The position numbers were made by a program, and so were the translations under genes. Positions 8,926-17,024 of a stretch of DNA of 30,170 nt are shown here, piece by piece (position 1 is the stretch's first letter; the number at the start of each line of letters is the position of its first letter). The DNA comes from Candidatus Hadarchaeota archaeon (GTDB lineage Archaea; CAYQAE01; CAYVLA01). The stretch lies in contig CAYVLA010000032.1 in the NCBI GenBank assembly GCA_964452145.1, positions 1-30,170 on the forward strand, in the 5' to 3' direction. Under the pieces are notes generated by a model that saw only the letters and a list, made by a program, of their open reading frames with translations, was not told where the DNA came from and ran no database searches.

Positions 8926-10290
8926 TTACATGGTTGCGGTAGTCACGTTCACGTCTCTGAAACGGATATGCGGAACGAAAGTGGGCGTTTCGACCTCCCA
9001 CCAGTGAACCTGCGTCGTGTCACAGCCCAGTTCCTCGATCCTCGACAGGAGCGTCACCATGTTATCCGAGATCCTTATCTTCCTGAGCGGCCTTGTGATC
9101 GATCCGTCCTCTATCAGAAACGTGCCGTCCCTGGGGATCGTTGAGAACGTGCCTTCAGCGTAGTTGGTCGCCCGGGTGTACCAGTTGCAGGTCATGTAGA
9201 TGGTGGGTTTGCTGCATGACTGGATCATGTCATCGGGATTGGCCTTGCCGGCCGAGAAGACCAGGTTGCTTGGCCAAGGCGCCGGTATGAGGGAGCCCCC
9301 GACCAAGACCAGACGGCTGCTTCCCGTGCTCTTCGAGTTGGCCGCGATGGAACTGGTCGTGTTGTGCAGCACGCCAACGAACCTGCCCGCCTGGAACAGA
9401 TTCACCCTGCTTGCCGGAACCCCTTCATCATCAAATGGTCGTGAGCCGAGGCCCTCTTCCATCATGGGATCGTCCATGATGTTGAGGGACGGAGGGCCTA
9501 GCTGCTGGCCCAGCCTGTCGCTTAGAGGGCTGAGACCTAGCATCATCATCAGTGGGTTGGCTCCCCCCGCCACCTGTCCGAGAACGTTTGCCGCAACCGT
9601 AGGGCTCATGATCAGATCGTACACCCCGGGCTTCCCTTGAACCCCTCCCCTCGAGAGCATAGCGATCCTGCCCGCCTGAACTCCAGCATCGACAAACCTG
9701 TCATGGGCCCGAGACACGACTCGCCCGCAGGCCAGGCCCTGCCCCGAGCTCTCCGAGTCAACGAAGGCCCTGGCGTTGAGTTCGTAGGACGACTGTTCGT
9801 AGGATCCACCTGCCCCATGGTTGGTCCTGATCTCGATCAGTTCGCTCCCGAAGAGCAGAGATCCCGCCACCCTTCTTGCTCCCTGGTCCTCGGCTGCGTT
9901 GATCACATCCCGAACCATGGCCGGGGCCGTCCCGGGGAACCCCTCTATCTCGGGATCATATAGATGGGCCGTTGGCTTGAGCTCGTACGCGGCCTCCGAA
10001 ATCCCCGAGTACAGCTGGCTTTCCTGCATCCTCTTGGTGATCGCGATCAGTTCGGAGATCCGCGCCCTCACATTGTCGACTCCCGGGTTCTCGATCTCGG
10101 TTGATCCGATCCTCTTGCCTAACGCGATGAAAACCTCCAAGCCGCTGGAGGCCCAGTGATTTGCTATGTCGATCTGGCTATTCGAGAACCTGATCTGATT
10201 GGTTCTACCGGCTCGGTACCTGACTATTACGTCGCTTGCCTCCTTGGTTACCTCCATTGCCATGTTGATGAGTCTATCCCGATCCTTCAT
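8926..10290 (-). CDS. tldE: TldE/PmbA family protein
   Basis: IRFSNSQI, DDP...GSRPFDDEGVP, PSNL, RISDN; no HExxxH. ATG 10290 overlaps the tldD stop (ATGA). Confidence 0.85.
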   Translation of the reverse strand: MKDRDRLINMAMEVTKEASDVIVRYRAGRTNQIRFSNSQIDIANHWASSGLEVFIALGKRIGSTEIENPGVDNVRARISELIAITKRMQESQLYSGISEAAYELKPTAHLYDPEIEGFPGTAPAMVRDVINAAEDQGARRVAGSLLFGSELIEIRTNHGAGGSYEQSSYELNARAFVDSESSGQGLACGRVVSRAHDRFVDAGVQAGRIAMLSRGGVQGKPGVYDLIMSPTVAANVLGQVAGGANPLMMMLGLSPLSDRLGQQLGPPSLNIMDDPMMEEGLGSRPFDDEGVPASRVNLFQAGRFVGVLHNTTSSIAANSKSTGSSRLVLVGGSLIPAPWPSNLVFSAGKANPDDMIQSCSKPTIYMTCNWYTRATNYAEGTFSTIPRDGTFLIEDGSITRPLRKIRISDNMVTLLSRIEELGCDTTQVHWWEVETPTFVPHIRFRDVNVTTATM

Positions 10291-11714
10291 ATCCCTGCAC
10301 CCACCTTGACGTTCCTGAGCCTTACGCAAGCCGGCCCTCCGGTCCACACCGGTGCCCCTTGCATGGGGTCGGACTTCCCGCACACCGCCAGGTCTGCCCA
10401 GAACCCCTTGCTGCACGCGTCCACGCTGCCGAAGAGCCCGGACGTCGTCAGTTCCAGAACGGGCCGACGCACGAGCGTATCGGTCAGCTCGCCATTCTCG
10501 ATCAGGAGGGCCTCGGAGCCGACGTACTTGGACTGGTATCTCCTGTCATCGATGTTCCACTCGGTGAAGCTCTTCATGAATATCCCGCGCTTGACACCCT
10601 CGATCAACTCCTCCTCGGAGTGGTCGCCAGGGGCGATGTATGTGTTAGCCATCCTGATCACCGGCTCTCGGTCATAGCCAATCGCACGGGCGGCCGCCGT
10701 CGATTGAGTGTCGAACCTGTGGGCAAACTCCCTGTTCAGAAGAAGCTCGTTCAGAACGCCGTTCTTGATCAGGTATCTGGGCCTTGCCCGGACTCCCTCA
10801 TCATCATACAGGTAGTATCCCGCGTTCCCCTTCATTGTCGGGTCATCAACGATGGTCAGGGCCTCGCTCCCGACCTTCGACTTGCCGACCTGAAGGTCGA
10901 CGTACCAGGATTCCCCGGCCTGGGCAGCCTCGCGCCCCTTGATTCTGTCACCCTCCGACGGATGCCCGCAGTTCTCGTGGGCCACTATGCCGGCGACTTC
11001 CGGCCCCACGACCACATCCACGACGCCAAGATCCATGGACTTGGCCTCGCTCACCACCCTCAGAGTTGAGGATGCATCAAAGGTAAGTCGATCCTGCACC
11101 TCGCTCCCGGCCCACTCCCATCCACCTGTCCCACCGATTCCCAGGCGTCTCTGCTCGGATCGGCCGTTCGCCTCGGCTTGGTAGACCGCATTGAGGCGAA
11201 AGAGCGAGTATCGTCCGCTGATCTGCGTCCCCTCGCTGGTGGAGAGGTACTTGTCCCACTGGAGCAACCTGAGCTGGAGGTTGCGCATCGGGATCTTACC
11301 CGGAAGAGAGGCGATCCCTCTGTCCAGAGCGCCAAGAAACGCAAGCTTCTCTTCCTGCGAAACGTCGTCGAAGGGGCGTTCCTGGGGAGTTTGCCACGAG
11401 TCCTGGAACACTCTTTCCTCAGAAAGAGATATCGGCTCGCGTCTTCCCGACGATCGGGCCATAGCAACGGCGGTCTCCAAAGAACGCTTCACGGACGCTT
11501 TGGTAAGATCGTCACAGGAACAGAACCCGAAAATCCCTTCTACCAGCACCCTCAGGCCAAGGCCCTGGCGCTCCTGTCTGCCAGCGGCAAGTACCGAGCC
11601 GTTCCTGAGGGTGTATGCTTCGATCTTCTCGTGGACGAGTCTGGCTTCGGAGTAGCCGGCACCCAGCGCCGAACTCAGGTCGACCGCGTAGTCGGTGAGA
11701 TCTTTGCCGTCCAT
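10287..11714 (-). CDS. tldD: TldD family metalloprotease
   Basis: GLGLRVL, HENCGH (HExxxH), DDPT...YDDEGV, RMANTYIAPGD, CGKSDPMQ (archaeal-type C-terminus). Confidence 0.92.
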   Translation of the reverse strand: MDGKDLTDYAVDLSSALGAGYSEARLVHEKIEAYTLRNGSVLAAGRQERQGLGLRVLVEGIFGFCSCDDLTKASVKRSLETAVAMARSSGRREPISLSEERVFQDSWQTPQERPFDDVSQEEKLAFLGALDRGIASLPGKIPMRNLQLRLLQWDKYLSTSEGTQISGRYSLFRLNAVYQAEANGRSEQRRLGIGGTGGWEWAGSEVQDRLTFDASSTLRVVSEAKSMDLGVVDVVVGPEVAGIVAHENCGHPSEGDRIKGREAAQAGESWYVDLQVGKSKVGSEALTIVDDPTMKGNAGYYLYDDEGVRARPRYLIKNGVLNELLLNREFAHRFDTQSTAAARAIGYDREPVIRMANTYIAPGDHSEEELIEGVKRGIFMKSFTEWNIDDRRYQSKYVGSEALLIENGELTDTLVRRPVLELTTSGLFGSVDACSKGFWADLAVCGKSDPMQGAPVWTGGPACVRLRNVKVGAGI

Positions 11715-11741
11715 GTGACCGCTGGTAGGCCCTCTCGGTCC

Positions 11742-11757
11742 GTCTATAACTCTTTTC
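11742..11757 (-). promoter_or_regulatory. Archaeal BRE/TATA-like promoter for tldD-tldE
   Basis: Minus strand GAAAAGAGTTATAGA lies about 30 bp upstream of the tldD ATG, which suggests a leaderless or short-leader transcript. Confidence 0.55.
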
Positions 11758-11841
11758 TCCGATTCGGTGATTCCGCGCTCTGGTATGGATCTAGCCGGAC
11801 TGGGTTTACAGCTCTAGTGGCCAAGATCGTTCCGGTATGGG

Positions 11842-12387
11842 TTACTCGCCACCATCTCTGGAAGGTACGAAGAGCACCGGAAATGGGTGAAGGCATTTCC
11901 ATCTCGCATCATCGGATTCCGTCTGAACGGCGGATTCGCACGGACGGTCCCATTTCTGGAGATCCCTCTCCATGGGCATTCCACAAAGGGGGCAGATCGG
12001 TATGCCACCCGATGTGTTGGCCGAAGCCATGCGCGGCTTGTCTTGGTCAACGTAGAGCATGACATTCACCCTGCCATGGCCTCCCACATAGTCGGAGATG
12101 GTCTTCGCTGAGCGGGCCGCGCCGATGGCTCCCTTCACTCTGCCCGTCAGAGGCTCGGCCCGTTGCGCTGGCAGTCGTAGGCCGCCGTCCGGCTCTTTGA
12201 TGATCCCTCGCTGCATGGCCTCGTATCTTGTGACCCAAGGCCGTCTTCCTGACCAGAGGGCTATCGCGAGGAGGAAGACAGAGAGAACGACTAGTACTAA
12301 CACGCCGGCAAGTAGCACTGGATGGCCCTCCCATACTAGGTGCTCAGAGCTTCCTATTAACTGTTGATAATCGTACCGTGGGTCCAA
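11842..12387 (-). CDS. Hypothetical membrane protein with a CPLCG zinc-knuckle motif
   Basis: One strong TM segment (VLLAGVLVLVVLSVFLLAIALW) and CPLCG...C...C; fills an otherwise empty gap. Start uncertain. Confidence 0.45.
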   Translation of the reverse strand: MDPRYDYQQLIGSSEHLVWEGHPVLLAGVLVLVVLSVFLLAIALWSGRRPWVTRYEAMQRGIIKEPDGGLRLPAQRAEPLTGRVKGAIGAARSAKTISDYVGGHGRVNVMLYVDQDKPRMASANTSGGIPICPLCGMPMERDLQKWDRPCESAVQTESDDARWKCLHPFPVLFVPSRDGGE

Positions 12388-12506
12388 GAGAAGAAGCGAA
12401 TCACTCGGTTCCCATCACGAGATCTCGGTCGACTGGATGGCGCAGACCCGTCGTACTCCCCGATGGAAACATTTGTGAAGCGAATCGTCGCCGCCCGGTT
12501 CGACAC

Positions 12507-13361
12507 ATGGCAAGTGGAAGCGAGCACCTTCGATGGCTCGAGAGCGAAAGGTCAAAGAGGACCTTCAACTTCGGCGACTACAACGCAAGGGTTACCCCGG
12601 ATCAGATAAGGATCTGGGGCAAGATCTCGTCCGAATACGGCGACGATGTCATCCTCGACAGGTCCAGAACGAGGACCTCGATCAGCACGGTGTCGAGAAC
12701 GCCCCTGTTCATGTTCTATGTGATCTACCCGGTTTATGCCTTCGGTTTCCTGATGTTCTTCATCGCCCAGGACATCGCCGTGGAGACCCAGATATCGATA
12801 TTCGCCTTGGCGATCTTCATGATGTTCACTCCGCTTGTGCTGGACAAGCTGCTGCCGACGAACTACTTCCTCATCGCCACGGCCGTGTTCTACGTCGGCA
12901 TCTTCTCCCTCTCAAAGACCGAGCCCCTCACTACGGCTTTCAAGGCGGTGGAGGAATCCGTGAGCGAGGGATACGTCGAGACCTTCATCATATTCGCCTC
13001 CCTACTGCCCCTGCTCATCAGGAGGATGATCGGGCAGATGATGATCGGGTATCGACTTAAGCTGGATGACGGCTCCCGGAGTTTCCAGATCGAGACGGAA
13101 AGCGCGGCAGCCCCGGCGATGGTGGAGTATCTGCGGAAGGGCTACGTGCCAGGGCGCCCGCTCAGGCTCCCCGCGTTCCTGATGGCCTTAAGCAGGAGAA
13201 GGATGAAGAGCTGTCAGTACTGCGGCGAATCCACAACCCTGGAGTGTCATAGATGCTACAGGCCCATGTGCAGTGCTCACTCCGGCATGCTGCGAGGCTA
13301 CAAGGTTTGTCTGGACTGCTTCGTGGAGCGGCGCGGCAAGATCAAGCGCAATCTCCGCTGA
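12507..13361 (+). CDS. Polytopic membrane protein with C-terminal Cys/His zinc finger
   Basis: About four TM helices and strong GC3 codon bias; C-terminal CQYC-x7-CHRC-x4-CSAH-x10-CLDC (B-box/AN1-like). ATG 12507 chosen as start. Confidence 0.75.
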   Translation: MASGSEHLRWLESERSKRTFNFGDYNARVTPDQIRIWGKISSEYGDDVILDRSRTRTSISTVSRTPLFMFYVIYPVYAFGFLMFFIAQDIAVETQISIFALAIFMMFTPLVLDKLLPTNYFLIATAVFYVGIFSLSKTEPLTTAFKAVEESVSEGYVETFIIFASLLPLLIRRMIGQMMIGYRLKLDDGSRSFQIETESAAAPAMVEYLRKGYVPGRPLRLPAFLMALSRRRMKSCQYCGESTTLECHRCYRPMCSAHSGMLRGYKVCLDCFVERRGKIKRNLR

Positions 13362-13813
13362 TGGAGGCCCAGACGCCTACTCCCCAACCCCAGTACCATG
13401 GGGGTAGGTCTGCACTCCGCCCTGCCGAGTCTCGGGCAGTCTGAACACTTGCTCCAAATCCTCGGCAGGTCGTCACGGGGAAGATCCCTGAAGCCGAACT
13501 TGGCGAAAAACGCCGGAACGCCTGTCCTCACGTACAGCGTGGTGATGCCTTGGGCCCGGGCCTCCTCCAGCATGTGCTCAACCAGGTATCTCCCCCATCC
13601 CCGGCCTCTTAGACCACCCAGGATGCAAACCGATCGTAGCTCGGGTGGACCTTCCCCTCGGCACAGGCACGCGCAGCCTGCTATCCCCCCATCGTTCTCA
13701 ATGACGAATAGGTCTTGATGACTGTGCCGCAGATGATCGGCAGGCAGACGATTCGCGATCAGGAGGTCCTGCACAGCTGCTACATCGCCTTCCGTTGCCC
13801 GTCTGAAGATCAT
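13298..13813 (-). CDS. GNAT N-acetyltransferase, similar to short ArgA-type amino-acid acetyltransferases
   Basis: MIFRRATEGD, ELRSVCI...RGRGWGRYLV, FFAKFGF, LPRIWSKCSDCP...C. The ORF-track extension to 14056 overlaps hisF. Confidence 0.8.
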   Translation of the reverse strand: MIFRRATEGDVAAVQDLLIANRLPADHLRHSHQDLFVIENDGGIAGCACLCRGEGPPELRSVCILGGLRGRGWGRYLVEHMLEEARAQGITTLYVRTGVPAFFAKFGFRDLPRDDLPRIWSKCSDCPRLGRAECRPTPMVLGLGSRRLGLHQRRLRLILPRRSTKQSRQTL

Positions 13814-13982
13814 TCCGGTCGCCGCTCGGATGTCTCGGCATGATGAGTGTGTTGCTCTCACAGGAGATGATGAAAGACGCCATCCTGGGCTCGCGGCCGG
13901 CTTGCGGCGGGTTGGTTCGTCATCACAGATAAAAGCAGCGTACTCGGGTTCAGTCCATCGATGCTGAGAGGAGTAGATCGCA

Positions 13983-14747
13983 ATGAGGTGCGTGAACATC
14001 ATCCCCTGCCTGGACATCAAAGACGGAAGGGTGGTGAAGGGCGTCCACTTCGTCAAGCTCAGGGATGCTGCCGATCCGGTGGAAGCGGCCAGGGCCTATT
14101 CGGATGGAGGAGCCGATGAGATCGCCTTCCTTGATATCACGGCGACGATCGAGAAGCGAAGAACCGTGCTGGACGTGGTGAGGAAGGTATCCAAGGTCGT
14201 CGATGTACCCCTGACGGTCGGTGGCGGCATCAGGTCCTCAGAGGACATCGTCGACATCCTGCGAGCAGGGGCGAGCAGCGTGTCGATCTCCAGCGCCGCG
14301 TATCGAAACCCCGGCATGGTCAAGGACGCGGTCGACAGATTCGGGCCCGAGAGGATAGTCGTCGCGATCGATGCTGACTCAAACCCCGCTCTACCTTCGG
14401 GAAGGGAGGTCTACATCGACGGGGGAAGGACCCCGAGCGGCAGGGACGCCGTAGAGTTTTCGCTTGAGATGGCCCGCATCGGGGCGGGGCGGCTCCTGCC
14501 TACAAGCAGGGCAACGGATGGAACCCAGGAAGGATATGACATCCATCTCACGCGTACCATCGCGGATGCAACAGGGCTTCCGGTCATCGCCAGTGGCGGG
14601 GCAGGGAGACTGGAACATTTCTACGAGGCCGCGGTTGAGGGAAGGGCCCAGGGCCTCCTCGCCGCCTCGGTTTTCCACTTCGGAACCTTCACGGTGAATC
14701 AAGTAAAGGAGTATCTTAAGGGCCGCGGCATTCCGGTCAGGCTCTAG
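13983..14747 (+). CDS. hisF: Imidazole glycerol phosphate synthase cyclase subunit HisF
   Basis: IIPCLDIKDGRVVKG, GADEIAFLDITA, PLTVGGGIRS, VVAID, DGTQEGYD, PVIASGGAG, LAASVFH; GAGGAG upstream. Confidence 0.93.
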   Translation: MRCVNIIPCLDIKDGRVVKGVHFVKLRDAADPVEAARAYSDGGADEIAFLDITATIEKRRTVLDVVRKVSKVVDVPLTVGGGIRSSEDIVDILRAGASSVSISSAAYRNPGMVKDAVDRFGPERIVVAIDADSNPALPSGREVYIDGGRTPSGRDAVEFSLEMARIGAGRLLPTSRATDGTQEGYDIHLTRTIADATGLPVIASGGAGRLEHFYEAAVEGRAQGLLAASVFHFGTFTVNQVKEYLKGRGIPVRL

Positions 14748-14835
14748 ACCGCTCATCGCCGCACCCCCCAAAGAGGGAAGACGGTCGTCATCCACAATAA
14801 ACAGGACCTGATCGATGATGAATGATCAACGATCG

Positions 14836-14848
14836 ACCAAGTTATAAG
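14836..14848 (+). promoter_or_regulatory. TATA-like box upstream of the ceramidase-family gene
   Basis: CCAAGTTATAAG about 45 bp upstream of ATG 14887. Confidence 0.45.
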
Positions 14849-14886
14849 GGGTCCTCCCTCCGCGGAGACCGTAGGGATGATCCAAG

Positions 14887-16296
14887 ATGATAAGGGCGGG
14901 TGCTGCTTCGGTTGAGATCACGCCTAAGACCGATGTGCAGCTTGCAGGCGCGATCGGGGTGCGCAGACCGGCAGGGTTCATCCAGGACCCACTCTTCGCC
15001 AAGGCCCTGGTCGTCGAGAGCGGATCCCGCAAGATTTGCCTGGTAAGCCTAGACCTCTGCGTCGTCACAAGGAGTCCGGTTGATGAGATCCGCCAGTCCG
15101 CTGCCAAGGAGCTGGGATTCCATCCAGGCGCGATAATGATCCACGCCACCCAGACGCATTCGGCCCCCTCCCTGGGCAACTTCATGCTGAGCGATGATTT
15201 CCAGGGGCTGTCGCCTGAGTTCGAATGGCTCAAGGGAGGGGATGCTGGCTACGATGCATTCGCCAAGCCACGCATCCTGGAGGCCATCAGGCAGGCAGAA
15301 GCCAACCTTGAACGCGTGCATGTGGGAGCTGCGAGCGTGATCGAGGGGAGGATGGCACATAACCGGAGGGCGGTGGGGAGGAACGGCCTAGTCATCATGC
15401 CGGGAGCTTCGTGGGCGCTGCAAGACAAGAGCGTAGGGCGAGGACCCGTGGGACCCACGGAGATACGCTACATGGAGGGCCCAATGGATCCTGAACTGGG
15501 CGTCGTGTGTTTCCGACGCGAATCGCTTCACCTCCTTGCCTTGCTGGTGAACTACGCATGCCACCCGGTTCACAACTTCCCGAAGCCGTGCGTCTCGGCC
15601 GACTGGCCAGGAGCACTGTCAAGCGAGCTGAAATCCCGCTACGGCGCCGGCTGCATACCGCTGGTAACGAACGGGGCGTGCGGCAACATCAACCCCTGGC
15701 CGCCTTTCGATCCCAACTATGTTGAGGATCAGGCCATCATGGGTCGGGTGCTGGCCGAAAGGGTCAGCGTTGCCATCAACACGGTTGGGTTCAAGGCAGA
15801 AGCAGAAGTCGACTGGCGGGCGAGAGCCGTGAAGATGCCGCTCAGGGAGATAGATGACCGCGAGTTGGAGAAGGCACGGGACGTGCTCGGCCAGAATCCC
15901 CAACCCGTCTGGAATCCTCAGCGAACGGCCGTCGATGTGCGCTGGGCCATGGCGGCGGGTCTTCTAGATCTGCACCGGCTCAGGCAGCGAAGCCCAGAAC
16001 ATGAATACGAGATCCAGGTCTTCCGAATCGGCGACGTAGCCATCGTAGGACTGCCGGGCGAGCCCTTCGTGGAAGGCGGACTTGCCATCAAGCTCGCCTC
16101 GCCGACCTACCCGACATACGTTGTGCACGGAGTCAACCAGTATGTGGGCTACCTGCCAACCAAGGAGGCCTTCCCTCGAGGCGGGCATGAGACGGCGACG
16201 GGTAACTGGTCACGTCTGATACCGGATGCATTGGACATCGTCGTCGCCAACGCCACGGAGATGCTCTTCGACCTTTTCGAGGCGGATACCAGCTAG
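14887..16296 (+). CDS. Neutral/alkaline non-lysosomal ceramidase-family hydrolase
   Basis: AGAASVEITP, DPLFAKALV, HATQTHSAP, NRR, GPMDPEL, NYACHP, SADWPG, GACGNINP, PGEPF, GYLPT, GGHE. Confidence 0.85.
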   Translation: MIRAGAASVEITPKTDVQLAGAIGVRRPAGFIQDPLFAKALVVESGSRKICLVSLDLCVVTRSPVDEIRQSAAKELGFHPGAIMIHATQTHSAPSLGNFMLSDDFQGLSPEFEWLKGGDAGYDAFAKPRILEAIRQAEANLERVHVGAASVIEGRMAHNRRAVGRNGLVIMPGASWALQDKSVGRGPVGPTEIRYMEGPMDPELGVVCFRRESLHLLALLVNYACHPVHNFPKPCVSADWPGALSSELKSRYGAGCIPLVTNGACGNINPWPPFDPNYVEDQAIMGRVLAERVSVAINTVGFKAEAEVDWRARAVKMPLREIDDRELEKARDVLGQNPQPVWNPQRTAVDVRWAMAAGLLDLHRLRQRSPEHEYEIQVFRIGDVAIVGLPGEPFVEGGLAIKLASPTYPTYVVHGVNQYVGYLPTKEAFPRGGHETATGNWSRLIPDALDIVVANATEMLFDLFEADTS

Positions 16297-16404
16297 GGGG
16301 ATTGATCCCCGGCCCTGCAACCGTGCGCTCTTGTAGATGGCTTTCTCCCCCAGATTGGCCAATACGAATGAAGACTGGGGGGCACTCGTGCTGTGTCCCC
16401 TGCG

Positions 16405-16948
16405 CAAGCCTGGTCATGCCGACGTCCCTGTATAGTTTCCTCTTGAGCTTGAGCATCAGGCCGTAGAGGGCTAGACCTGCAAGCAGGCTTGTCGCAGTCA
16501 CTGCAGCCCACTCGATGAGGTATACCCACAACAATGCTTGGTTCTTCAGATCAATCGCCATTGCCTGAATATCGACAAGGGCCTCCCGAGCTTCTCTCAC
16601 CTGGGCCAGGGCCTCTTCATATCGTTTCTCTAGGTGAAGCTGCTTTGCGCGTGTGATGACCTCGTCGCTGCGTATTTTCTCTCGGAGAAGATTGTCCGCG
16701 TTTGCCCCGAACAACTCCACGAAGTCGAAGACGGCAACCATGTCCGAGGCTTCGCCCTGGTACATCTGGAAGCCTTGCCTGACGTAGTTGATAAGCACAA
16801 CATCCTCAGGAAGCTCTCGCCCAAGAGAGTGCAGCATGATGTTCATGATGATGTCCAAGCCATGTTTCTGGTCGGAGTAGTAGTACGTGCTTCCCCACCA
16901 GACGCAGTCCAGGTTAGCCTCTCCTTGACAGGAAGAACGGGAAAGCAC
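16405..16948 (-). pseudogene. 5'-truncated paralog of the 2859-4046 membrane-anchored protein (C-terminal half only)
   Basis: Colinear with the last ~150 aa of 2859-4046 (LPEDV/LPQDV, FVELFG/FVEQFG, ALLWVYLIEW/ALLWVYITEW, LYRDVG/LYREVG). No signal peptide or N-terminal domain. The ORF runs on to 16133, into the convergent gene. Confidence 0.7.
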
Positions 16949-17024
16949 AATCAGTGCGGTTCTCGAGAAAAGCGTTAAGAAAAGCGTCGCTTTTGATCAT
17001 GCAAAGCCGGTTAGGGGTATCGCT

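Noticed and set aside
13866..13927. SECIS-like hairpin (TGATGA...TCATCA)
   Set aside because: The stem is imperfect, and no neighbouring gene has an in-frame TGA at a Cys-equivalent position.
13814..14056. N-terminal extension of the GNAT ORF
   Set aside because: Overlaps hisF on the opposite strand; the GNAT fold begins at ATG 13813.
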